Below are positions 14,253 to 29,536 of a stretch of DNA of 54,479 bases, piece after piece. Each line of letters opens with the position of its first letter. Position 1 is the stretch's first letter. Both the position numbers and the translations under genes were made by a program. Source of the DNA: Trichinella spiralis (Eukaryota); NCBI RefSeq assembly GCF_000181795.1, contig NW_003526941.1, forward strand, positions 1,893,542 through 1,948,020, written 5' to 3'. Under the pieces are notes generated by a model. That model worked only from the letters and a program-made list of their open reading frames with translations, was not told the origin of the DNA and ran no database searches.

Positions 14253-14867
14253 AAGCACAATTTAATTGTTTTTATTCAAATTCAATAAATCTATTCAATT
14301 TTAGCATTTAACATGAAAAATGGCTGAAACACTTTTCATCGAAAGGGTAAGATGAACTGAAACTAAATTCCTGCCTCATGATATGGTTATCTGCCAGAGT
14401 TTCTATTCTCTAATACGCTAATAATTATTATTTGCATTAAAAATTTTATTCACACAAAAATGAATGTTATTTCCCTTTATCAGGTAATGCATAATAATTT
14501 TAATTAAATAACAGCGCTTAAATCGACCAGAAGAATAAATAAGAGGTGTACACTAGTATAAGAGCTTTTCACAGTTATGCACATTTAGTTACACTAGCTC
14601 AGTCAGTTTTCATAATATCATTATCTAATTAGTCATCACTTTAAATAATACCCCAAGTAAAAAATTATGGGAATGTAAATGACACGGAAAGGCTGTTTTC
14701 AGCCTTAATGTTAATATATAAACGCCACACGCTTTGAATGCATAATACAAACCTGCACGTCATTACCGTAAATACCATTAAACAAAAATGTTTTTTCTTA
14801 ATTTTGAAGTTCGATTAAAATTTACAAGTAATTTTATACAACTTTTAAATTTAAAAGAAATAACATA

Positions 14868-14906
14868 CGACAAAGTAAATTACCTGATGACAAAGTAAAT
14901 TAGCTG
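14868..14906. repeat. Short tandem duplication, about 20-nt period
   Basis: gacaaagtaaattacctg followed by gacaaagtaaattagctg. Confidence 0.8.
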
Positions 14907-17636
14907 TAATGAAAACGGCAACGTTACTGTAAACCGTTTTTTCCACTGTCATTATTAAAGTTTAAAAGTATAATAATAGGACATTTTGAGAAACCGTATT
15001 AAATATGATTTTTGGTCATAAGTGAAATTTTTACTTATAAACCCTACGCACATAATATAAGAAATATCCAAATTTAACAAAAAAATTAACTAGATGAATA
15101 CGTGTATTAACATGCAATCAAAAATTCATTCACTTTAAATGGTTCTTAATGAAATTATTTGCAATAAATATGGAATGAAAAATAAAACAGTCTTTGAAAC
15201 TGTAATGGTTTATTTAGCTAATAATCAAAAATGACATACTTTACATCGTTAGCTTTGATGCTTTTGTCCTGAGCGCTATTGTTGTGAGTAACCTGTTTTA
15301 TATCAATGAAATGAATTTGCCTCCATCAAGTTGCCAAAAATTGTTCTTAAAACGTCAGTGATCGATAGTGAGAATATCATCTGCCATTTCTCGACAAACC
15401 ATCTCATAGGCTTTCATTGATTCAAAAAACTAAGAATAAAAAAAATAAATAATTCACTTCATACAAAGTAAACAATTAATTGTTCCAAATGAATCATCAC
15501 ATTGTTCGCCTTCTATTAACACAATAACTTTTTTCAACAGTAAACTAAATCTTTGCAATTGTATTCACAGGCATATTAAAAATCTGGGTTACAAACAACA
15601 AAATAAATAAAGCAAATCAAAACTTGAGCCTTTTCAATTTAATACTGTTTGTGCATTAAAATATGCAAAATGGAGCAACTGATTTTCATGTCATTTCTAC
15701 ATTGCCAGCACACAGAGATTAAGTTACAAATGTAAAAAAATAGTTGCTAAAACAAAAGATCAACTGATTGCGAATAATTCAAGTGTATTTCTTCAATTCG
15801 ACAATAAAAAATTTTTCAGCCGACTGAAATTTGTATGAAAATAAAGTTACAGTAACCTGTTTTTGATTCTCACGGTTGATTAAATAGCGCGTTAATTATT
15901 GCCAGTTGCAATTGCACTTTTCAGTTTATTCAGAATTTTATGAAAATTTTCCAACTAAACAATCTTCGTCTACATGTAAAAGAGCAGTGAAAATGTCACA
16001 TGGTAACCGTTGGAACAATGAAGAAGTGGTGTTTGAAATTTACATAATCAAATATGTTCAACTGAACGGCATAGGTGATGATATGATTGCAATTGCCACT
16101 TGCATGTCGATAAGCAAATAGGACTAGTCATGCTAAACGACGCTATTGATTGCACAGGTAACCGGCTGGCTCTTTTCATAATGAGCTGCTTACACGGTTG
16201 GCCCTGAACGAGCTCTGGTGCGAAAGGGAGGTTACTTTTCCAATATAACACAAACTGGAACAGTGAAGAGAATCTGGGTCGGTGCTATTGTATTTCAGTA
16301 GACTCTGACCGTATGCTTTTGCAACTTTTCACCGTGCAGTTTCCGACCATCCATTTAGCAACACGCCAAGCGCATCCAGGGCGCGTCTGGACACTTCCGA
16401 TACGCATTTGCGACCTATTCGTGGTGCATCTGCTTTTTTCACTTTTGGTGCATCAACGTATGCAACAAACTGGTATACATTGAATCGTTGAAAATGATAA
16501 TTTTTCCATCGAACTTTATATCAAAATATTTCTAATACGTCTCTGTACTACATAGTAAAACTTAGCTAAGTGACCTCGAATTCAAAGGACAATGAAGTGA
16601 GAAAAATGAAAAAGTAAGATTCACATTTTTTCTTTCTTATTGAAATCCTTTCTACATACATGTTTCATCCATTTAAGTGCTTTATTCATTTCAAACGGCC
16701 ATTTCTGAATACTGCACTTCTGCATTTCAAAATATGCATTCATTGAATTTGTACATATTATTCATTCATTCTGTATTAATGAACAATCATGATTTATTTT
16801 TATTAACAATAATTTTTTAATAGAATATCTGATTGCTGCATCACAAAATATAGCAGTTTCTTTTAAAAAAATAATTTAGATTTTACACTTCATAAAATGT
16901 AATTTATAAAGTTTACTAAATTACATCATAACAATCATTGCAATGTCAAGGACTTTGTCGTGTTATGACATGTTAAATATGAGCATGCAACTTTGCAGAG
17001 TAATTGAACAACTTCTTCATTTCTATATGGACAATTTGTTTATATTGAAGTTTGAAGTCTTAAGCAGTTTATTTATCAGCATAAGTACCTGCCTATTCAG
17101 TTATAAGAATGAAATTTGTAACGTGATTGACTGACTATTTATAGAGGAAGCAAAAATATTTTAATGCACATATGTGGCATTAAAATTACTATTCTGTGCG
17201 AATACATTATTCTAAACCAAAAAAGAATTGCCTAACCGAATGCGCGATAATAATAAAATTACAAATAGCATAACGCGAAAATTGCATTTACATGTGACTA
17301 CAGTTGTGCTGATTTTTATGTTAAAGTAACTGCTAAACAGATTTTATACAATGTGCAATATAATTCAAAATTTCTAAACTACTATTAGAAAAAGAACAAA
17401 CGGAACATTCTGCGATGTTGTAGCATTGTAAAATGATGCTAATATTAGAAGAAATTTATAGTGTTATTAAGCTTAATTGATGCAGTTTAAAGATTAAAAC
17501 GGTTCATTTCATCTTGTAAAAATTTAAATTTTTAGGTCACCCGGTCGTTCATCATGACTTTCCAATATCTATTTTGAAGCAGCGTTGTTAGCAAACAATC
17601 TGTTTCTGCTAAGTTCATGTAACTGCAAAAGTTATT

Positions 17637-20600
17637 ATGAGACTATGGTACTTTCTTTTATATTCTTCATTTTTAATGGTGAGCCATTTGAAGATGACAT
17701 TTCATTTTTATAAACAACATAAAATTTTAGTTTTACAATGCTCTCAGCACAAGCAATAAAGAACAGACAGGCTATGTGAGCGTTTCCAACTCCAATCGAA
17801 TCCAAGGTAAGTTTTATAGCATTATTTGATGCTATTACTAGACTTGGATTTATATTTTGTTCAATTTTGCATGTTTTGTTGAAACCTTGTACTTCTGATA
17901 TCATTTCAATTTCGCAAATGAATATTTGATACAAGCCTGCTTAATAACTTTTGCGTATCAAAAATGTTTCAGTTAATTTGGAATGTCAGTCAAGACTGAT
18001 GGCCATACATATCCGGTTCAATTCTTCCATAACTCCATGGTTCACTGACTGGATAGTTGTTGGCGATTCAAATCGGCCAGAATGTCGTATAAAAGGTGAT
18101 GGATCGCTGGAATATCTTATAGAAATTCCACTACATGGTGATCAGTGTGGAACTGTGAAAGTAATTGATGTAATTCAGAATTATTAATGATAATGATGAT
18201 AGAACATTTAAAGATTGCTCCAAACACTTTTGAAACTTTCATTGGTGTTAAAAAGACTCCAAACTTAATTTTGGACGGTGATGATTTGTTAAAGACTCGT
18301 TGCGTTTATGGGGCCCCACAAATACAACAGCCTGTGATTCCATCTTTACCAGCAACGCAAAGACAAGCTGTTTTGCCGTAAATATTATTTCAAAAGCGCC
18401 TTATTACACAATTTAAACTGTTTTATTTAGATTTCTCACCGAACCAACTCCGTTTGAAGTGACCGCTCGAACAAATATTTCAGCTTCATTTTCACAAATC
18501 TACTTGATCACTGGAATTTCACTGCTTTTAATTGGCTTGTGCGTGTTGTACGCGTGCTTATATTACTGCTTCAGAAGACGCCAACGAAAAAATAAGCAGA
18601 ACAAAACACAACGCCTTCTGGTATCAGGTCCGGAAATTATCAGTCGACCAGATTCTTCAATGGCAGCTGAAAGTTCTCGAAAAAGTGTCATGACACCCAG
18701 TTGGTGGGCACCCTCAGCACCAAAAGACGTTGATAATTCCGTTCCTGCAGCACTGATTTCTCACGACTACATGCTATCAATTAGCAACAATGGCTCGATA
18801 AAGGGGCCCTTGTCGACAAGCAGTGCTGATGATACATTCATGCCTTCGCTTAAAGAACCAGCTGAACGATTGACAGTAATTTCTGGAGGTGGACAACAAC
18901 GTTTCTACGCAACTGCTTCACAAGCGACGACAGCAAAGTATGATATTTATTTCTTATTTTTCAAAAAATGCTTCCAAATAATTAAATGCAATTACTTATT
19001 TAAAGTAAATAATAATAATAATGATTAAAGTATCAATGGCTACAGTAAGAAATTTGAGATAAAAGGGTAATTGTTGTATAGCAAGTAACAATTTTTGTGA
19101 CGCCTAATCCTATCAAAATGACAATTGCTATTTAAGTCATTTTCAGTTAATATTTAGCAAATACGAAAACAATCGCAGTGATATTGATATTTCTCGACTA
19201 ACGTTTCAGTTGTTCATCTTGTACGCGTAATTTTGGCACATTTCAAGCATCTTGCACAAACATTGTCCACTCAACACAGCAATACTTCAAGCAATTTGTA
19301 AACATTAAACCTTTTGTTTATTTTCCCGTCAAATGGTGCCCACTTTTTAATTTTTGCCAGTCAAGCAATGTCACATGCCAAGTTCACACCATCCAGTCCG
19401 AGAGTTTGAATGGGACAATTCTGAGGTGTTTTCATCTGTTGCTGCTTTCCTGTTTGCAACCTTGAACACGGGTTTAAAGTGTTAGCATTTTGTTGTTAAA
19501 ATTTAGTGAAAAAAAAACTACAAAAAGTTGACAGAAAACAAGTAACCTTTCTAACAAATGTTGCTCTACTATGGGAACTTTCTTTTGAATTTAATGAATA
19601 AAAATATTCATTGACAAACTTCTCTTCACATGAACAGAACAGTTTAGCGAATGTTAAAATGCAAAAAGAAAACAGACTTTTGTCCTTCAGAATACTTTCA
19701 ACACGGCAGAAGAAAAAATTGATATTTTGTCATTTTTTAAATAATATTTTATTCATTTAATATAATAATAGTTCAAGTTCTGTATTGAACTTGGTAAAAA
19801 TTAATTTTATGCATACTGCGTTTAAAGTAAATTTTACACTTGTAGAACGTTCCCTATTACTACTACGCCACCTCCTTTACCAACCAGTGTGACAAATGCT
19901 ATCAGCAATGACAACAACAAGCAAAATTCGATAGTGAAGCGGTTATCTGTTCTTTATTCCGTAATCGATAGGAAGAAAAAACGCAAACGCAACGCCCAGA
20001 GCGAAGAATACAGTAGCAGTGCTATATCTGAAACGAACGATTACGCCAGATCTGTATCAGAAATTTATGCAAGTCCAGCAGAAGTGACATCTCTTCATCC
20101 GGATAGAGTTCCAGAATTTTCTCGAACGAAATACCAAGAATCTGAATTAGCAAAACAAATTTTGCTCGAAGATCTTGCCAATGCCGTGAGACGCCTGTGC
20201 ATGGCATCGCGACACTGCATGACTGTTTTCTCCCAAGTTGATATTGATCGATGGGAAAATTTGGTCAGACAAAATCGCAAATTCCAAGAATTATTGCTTA
20301 AACCGGACTTTGAAAGCTCATATGAGCATTTGAGCAACTTGCCTGATTATAAGGATAAGTTTAACAGCAATCAGTGGGCGTTGATTGTACAAGCGCTGAA
20401 TGAAATTTTCGATCGGCGTCGTCTTGCTCAAGCAGAAGGTAAATTTCATTTTCGTGATTACATAAATTATGATTGTTATATAAATAAATTTTAGATTCAA
20501 AAGATCAACTTTTAAACTTACATCACGACTCTGTTCGTTCCAGTGCTCGACTTTTTACCAGAGATTCTTTTCGTCGAGTGCAACGAGAAATGGAAACTTT

Positions 20601-20811
20601 ATCAGACAATAATCATCACTTGGAAGAAAAAGGCGGAGAAGGAGTGATCAATAGTAACAGTAGTCTGCATGATCCCAAACCAGCTCCAAGCCCTTTGCCT
20701 TCTGGTGGAGTCCGATCCAATCGTGAATTGTTTTCCAATATTCCCAATCTAGGCACTTATCACGGTTACATTTTTCAACGAACTTCTCAATTCCCACAAA
20801 ATAATCAATGA
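17637..20811 (+). CDS. Cuticlin-like type I membrane protein: signal peptide, ZP-N domain, one TM helix, long cytoplasmic tail
   Basis: Exons 17637-17678 and 17731-17806 give signal peptide MRLWYFLLYSSFLMFYNALS. ZP-N-like VNLECQSRLMAIHIRF...ECRIKGDGS...CGT...RCVY lies at about 17973-18377. TM IYLITGISLLLIGLCVLYACLYYCF followed by RRRQRK is in 18431-18937. Tail exons are 19846-20438 and about 20494-20811, with possible extra exons at 19210-19425. Confidence 0.8.
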
Positions 20812-22835
20812 ATCCAATTACCGTGTGATCTCAAAACAGGATCATATATATATACATATATATGAATCGTACCTTTCCAAATGCTTTAGTGTAGAAAAGT
20901 TTGAAAAAATTGTAAAATCTTGATTTACGCATCAAAACCGCACACGACAAATTAAAATATATTTCATTTTTATTTAAAAAACTTGAAAGAGATTAAAATA
21001 AAAAAGAATCAAAATAACTTTGAGCTGCAAAATTAAGTTTCACATTTCAACATCATTACAATAAAGTTTACTGTATTGAATTTTGAATTTAAAATATTAA
21101 TCTTGTTTTTTTGCTAAAAAAACTATTTGTGATTTTTTAATTCATAAAAAATCATAATGTGGAAGAATTTTTTTCATATTAATTTTTTCTATTAATAATA
21201 CATGATTTTTGTACTACGCTTGAGGAAAGAAATGCCACTCAACTGTTGACAATATTTTGCATAATAAATTATTTTTTTGTTCATTTCTTTTCATCGTTTC
21301 TTTTATTTGAGAAAAACTTTTACTTTTGACAAGTTTATCAATATTTTATTTTCAACATTTTGAGTTGATAATGATTTATTATTAATTTCATAATGATATC
21401 GTGACAACTTACTGAGTGCAAATGATTTTCAGGGTTAAAAAATTGCCCTGTTTAAATATTGCTTGAGAGAAGTAAGCGCTGATTTTTTAGTTTTTTGTTT
21501 TTAACATATTAAATTTATCGAGAATGCTAAGTAAATTTGCTTGCTTATCAGCGAATTTAAATTCAAATTAAAAAGTAGGGCAGTATTAGCATAATTGACT
21601 TTATCAGTTTAGTAGTAAAATTGGAAATTTTATTAGATGAAAAACAATTTTTATAGGACTGAAGGAATAATTTTATGAGCGAAAGTCATAGTTGAATTTG
21701 TCTTGTGCATTTATGTAAAGGAAATTTTAAAAAATGAAATTATTTATTTATTCACTTCCAGTTTACTTTTATCATATTATAAATTTTGACGGCAAGCTAA
21801 GTGCTTATACATTTTTGATGCCAATTTCTTTTAAGTTATGAAATTTATAAATCCAATCCGCCGATGTTATAAAGTTGTATTTACAAGCAAAACAAAGCAA
21901 TGTATTGAAAGTTCTCATATCATAGAACATGTTTGATTATTGCATGCAAATGCATTTATGAGTAATTCAGAAACAAGATTTTTCATCAAACAACCTTTTC
22001 AGTTCAGTTTATTATACATAATGAACAGTACATTTTGTTGGTAATTGATTTCATGAATGTTGTTGCTCTTAAGTGACGAATCAAGTTTCAATGAATTCAG
22101 TGAACATCATCAACAACATTATGATTGTAGTTTGAATTTCTTGCATTGTCAAACCGCTGTCGTTTGCATTTAAAATGTTTGATGATAAAACTGGTGATCA
22201 TTGATCGTATAGGCCACCGCCGACTGCGGACAATTTGTCAGTAGTCGACAAAAACTTGCCGAAAACTCATAAATTGCCTGAACATTGAATATTCAATTTT
22301 AAGTTCAATTTCGATTCATCAAATCTCAACTGTATCATATATCCATAATTCAGAATCTCTGTTCGGACGTCAAAGCGTCAGCCGTGAAACTTGCAAACAA
22401 GTTGAGCAGCAAGCGACTTGGGACAAGAAAATCTCGGTAAGCTTAGCAAGTTTTGGAGATTGATAATTATGTTCTTTTGTTAATCTCCTTGGCGGAAGCT
22501 TTGCTGTTGCCGTTGTTAATTGTTCTTTCTCATTTGCATAACGATGCACATGTAGCGTTGTTTTTCTGGCCGTTTTGCTTATCGCCGTAAGTTTTAATTA
22601 AAATCAGGCAACAGAAAGAATATTCTTTTCACTTTCATATTGCATTATGAATAAATATTGAAGTTTAGTTTTAAATTATTTTCAACCAATTTTTAATCAC
22701 ACTTTGATCTGAGTAAAATAACCATATCGGTGATATTCTTTTGTTCAATGACCAGTTTCAAGCGCATTTTCTCCATTACGAAACATAAAAACTGAATAAT
22801 TATTCTTCCGAAATGGTGCACATTTTCCCAGATTA

Positions 22836-23739
22836 GAGAGCGATTTTTGCCGATGAAATGGCGGAAATGATGATGCAAATACATGCAAACGCTGAACATG
22901 AAAAAGAACGTTTTTTTCAATTATTTCTAAAATTTGCATTTGGATGCTCAGATTGGAGACGGTATTGATTTTTCATTTCAATTTTTAATGGCACTGCATC
23001 TTCATATGGCGTTATTGATTGAAATTCTTCAAAACTGACCTTGCAAGACGTTGGCGAAAAATGGAGCTCGTTATAATCGATTTTCTTTGAATTGTTGTTT
23101 AAATTTTTTATATTCCATTTGAAATGCAAGCCGGAATTAGTAAATCTTGCTTACGCGAATTTGAGCGAAATGAGAAACATAGCAGCTGTCATCAGTCGAT
23201 TACTTTTTGGAATACCAGGTATGTGTTCCGGTAGTTGAATGTTTAAAAAATGATAATAAATATTTAAAAATTATCATTGAAATTTTATTATTTTTGTTAG
23301 TTTAATCAAAAATGTATGATTTCGTGCAAACCACGTTAGTATTATTGTTTCGTCTGTGTAGTAGTATTTTTTCAGCGAACAATTTTCACCATAAATGCAC
23401 GTCGGGAATATCCATCATTGATTTGAATCGAATAGAATACTGTAATACAAATACTGACAGGTCATTATGTTTTTTCTGGTTGCTTTTTACAGAAGTTATT
23501 TATTCTTCAATAAAATTATTATCTTCTTATTTACAAGCGAAATTTGATTTTCTCGCAAGTTGGAGTGATTTCCAGTAATATATTATTGAACAGCAGACGT
23601 TGCACTTTGTTCTGTGCTTGTTGTCAAAACAAAATATATGTAACTTCATTATCAATAAAAATTACCATTTACGAAGATTCCATTCCATTGTACATTGGCA
23701 CATTGCACTTCACAACCGCATCAATCATATTATTTGATT
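22836..23739 (+). pseudogene. Possible degenerate or orphan multi-exon gene of unknown function
   Basis: Phase-compatible putative exons give RAIFADEMAEMMMQIHANAEHEKERFFQLFLKFAFGCSDWR / RWRKMEL / PELVNLAYANLSEMRNIAAVISRLLFGIP / ANNFHHKCTSGISIIDLNRIEY. In-frame stops lie just upstream and I recognise no family. Confidence 0.25.
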
Positions 23740-24599
23740 ATTATACTCGTTCCGTAAGTGAAAAACTATTCTGTTATTTAAATCAGTTTTGTAAGTTTTG
23801 TTTTTTGCTTTTTATTTTAAAATTTTTCAAAAAAGTTGCTTTCTTTTCCTTGTAATTGATCTTGATGTTGAATTTCATGTTTTTTCTTTGGGTACATTTT
23901 CAAACAGTTCATAAAACTATTTTTTGTTATTCATTAAAAAAATAACTTTGCAAAAATTTAAAATTTATTCAATTTTATTAATAATCCGATATGACTGAAT
24001 TGTTTTTGGCTGATTGAAATGTTGAAAATTTTGATAATCGTTTATTATACATACATCAATCAAATATAAGTAGCAGTGGATTTTCATAAGTTGCATTTTC
24101 GACGATAAAATGTCATTATTTTAAAGTAGACAATCGAATTTCCGTTAGCAAGTCGTCGTTCTGTTTTGTAAATGTATCGCATTTTGAATGTAATGAAAAA
24201 TGATGATCGAAATTTTTTGCCATATTTTTTTGATGGCGAATTATGGAATTATTTCACAAGTCAAATGATGTCTAATAATGCTGCTGTTCTTCTGTGCATG
24301 TCGAATGCAATTTATTGATCATTTATTGATTTTTTTGCACAAAAATAAAACTGATTAAGTGGAGCGCGTGAATGAATGAGTTTAGCATTCAGTTCATATT
24401 TTAGGCGCAGTTGAAAATCATTTACGTCTCATCAATCTCATTTTTTAAACACTCAAGGTTGTTAAATAATTTTTTAAATGTTTTGAATTTTTTAATTTGT
24501 TTTCAGTTATTACGAAAATTTGTCGCTGAGTTCTCAAGCTGAAAATGTTCTCGAGTTTAATCAAGTAAGCTGAGCAGTTGACAACTGTGCGCTTTTGAA

Positions 24600-27330
<2,731 letters not shown>

Positions 27331-27382
27331 TTTTTGTTAGAAGGAGATCATTTGTTGAAACACCAGGCAAGTTTTAGTTTTA

Positions 27383-27415
27383 CCGCCCCCCCACTCCCTC
27401 CCCCCACTTCCACCC
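27383..27415 (-). other. G-run tract, potential G-quadruplex on the minus strand, in the malic enzyme 3' UTR region
   Basis: Plus strand CCGCCCCCCCACTCCCTCCCCCCACTTCCACCC in AT-rich surroundings. Confidence 0.6.
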
Positions 27416-29536
27416 AGAAAGACTTTCAAATTAGTTACGGGTTATGTTGAGCATGAATTTTCTTATAAAAATATTGTGTTCTTGGAAAAGCGTTCTTTCT
27501 TTTTTCATTATTATTAATAAAAATTTAATTAACTGTTCGTTTTTAGTTCGTTTAATTTTTGCGAAAGACCGACAGTATGAAATATACTAGATTGAATATG
27601 TAATTTCAAAGCGGTTTAATGATAAATGTTTTACAATTAAATTTGACCACTGCTTATTTAATTTTAGTTCAATCAATAATAATAGTTAAGGTAATAAAAT
27701 AAGTTTCATTTATTGCATCACGTGAAATTTCATATTTCTGAAGTATTGCTTAATTTTGGTTATTAGCGGAAATTTAAATTCTGCACTTTGTAAACTAATT
27801 GTTTATAGAGTAACACGCGCTCTTTATGTATTATAGCTTATTGATAAGCTGTAAATGGATCTCATAAATAATATTAACCATTGTTGTGTCGAAAAGAAAT
27901 ACTCCACTTCAGTTTTAGAAATATTTTAAATGAAACTAAGAGCAATAAAATAGATAAAATTATCCTCAATAAATAAATGTTTATTACAATTAATTTCCTA
28001 TCAACATGTACGTTGCATAAATTTTGTGCATATGTTGCATAAATATTTTTATTTTTAGTAAAATAAATATGCATGATAGACGTTTTAAGGCGATCAGTCA
28101 CACTTTATTATAATGAACTTCAACTTTACAGTACGATATAAATGATACCTAAACATCAGCTATTTAAAATTACTGTCATTATTTGAGGTGAAGTAAGATA
28201 AATTGATATTTGCTCGTCTTCTACTTAATCGAAATCCAAATCTGGACTGTGAAAGTAAGGTTGTAGTTTTTATTCAGTTATTCGTTGCATGCAAGTGACA
28301 TTAAATTTCACGTAACATTAACAGTCCATCTTCAATTCAGTTCATTTCAGTAATATATATCAGTTATATTATGAATTGTGATGTTAATTGTGTTAAAAAT
28401 CAGTTTAAAAAGAGCACAGTCAAAATGAACTGTTGATCAGTTTTCAACGAATCATCAAATCGATGCATGAATCATGGTAGTTTTACTGTGCAAATGGCAG
28501 TGGTTGTAGATTTGAAAATCGAAGCGAATAGGTGCAGTTTAGAAATTTTTAAAAAATGTTTAAAAGTGCATAAGGAAAAGCAAGTTTAATTTATATTTAA
28601 TATAATATTATCGCGCAGTGCATCGTTTACGTTAGAGTTCATATCAAGTAAGCGCAATTGTAAGTAATTGTGATAACACTGTTGACACATTTTGTCACCT
28701 TTGAGCGCATTCTGCGCATTTCATTCATTGGGGTTTGAATTTTTCGGTGAAAAATCGAGAGCTTAGATGAATAAATATTAATTATGAGCGTATTCTTCAG
28801 CTTTTTGTCAATTTCGAACAAACATATAGTTATTGTGTTAGTTGAAAAAAAAAGAATTCATCTTATTGTAAGTAAATCGTGAATTGATACTTTCAAAGGG
28901 TACGTGGAGTTGAGAAGTGAAAAAATTGCATGTCTACGCGTGCAGTCATGAAATTAATCAACTAGTTTTGTAACTAATTGACAAAGAAATTTGCACGACG
29001 AAACTGTGGCCAGTTTTTGAAGAAATCATTACTTCGAGTTCATTGGCTGACAGACAGCAGCAGTTGATGATGATTGTGTCAATTGGTTATTTTTATTGGA
29101 CAAATTGTATTGAAATTATTGATATATTTTTTGTCAAGTGAAACATAAAAATGCTAATTTTGTGATGATTCATCCGTTCATGAGTTCAAATTGACGAATT
29201 AAATAGTAGTTGAAATGAAGTTTCGACAGTCGCATTCCAAGGGGTATGGGCATTTGGTTTGTTTCAGTTCATAGGGAGAATTTTTCATCTGTTCTTTATG
29301 ATTTATGCTACGTTCAATTTGTTGTTTTAATTTGAGATAATTTTGGTTCTATTCGATTTAATCGTCTCTTTGTGAGCTGATTAATACGTTGAATTCTGTA
29401 ATTGTACTATTCAAATTACTGTATCATTGAAATGATTCAAAATTCTGAATTGCTCGTTTTGAATGGATCCGATTGACTTTGTTTCAGATTGGCTCAAAAA
29501 ATATTTGTTGTTGATAATAAATAAATAAAAAAGCAG

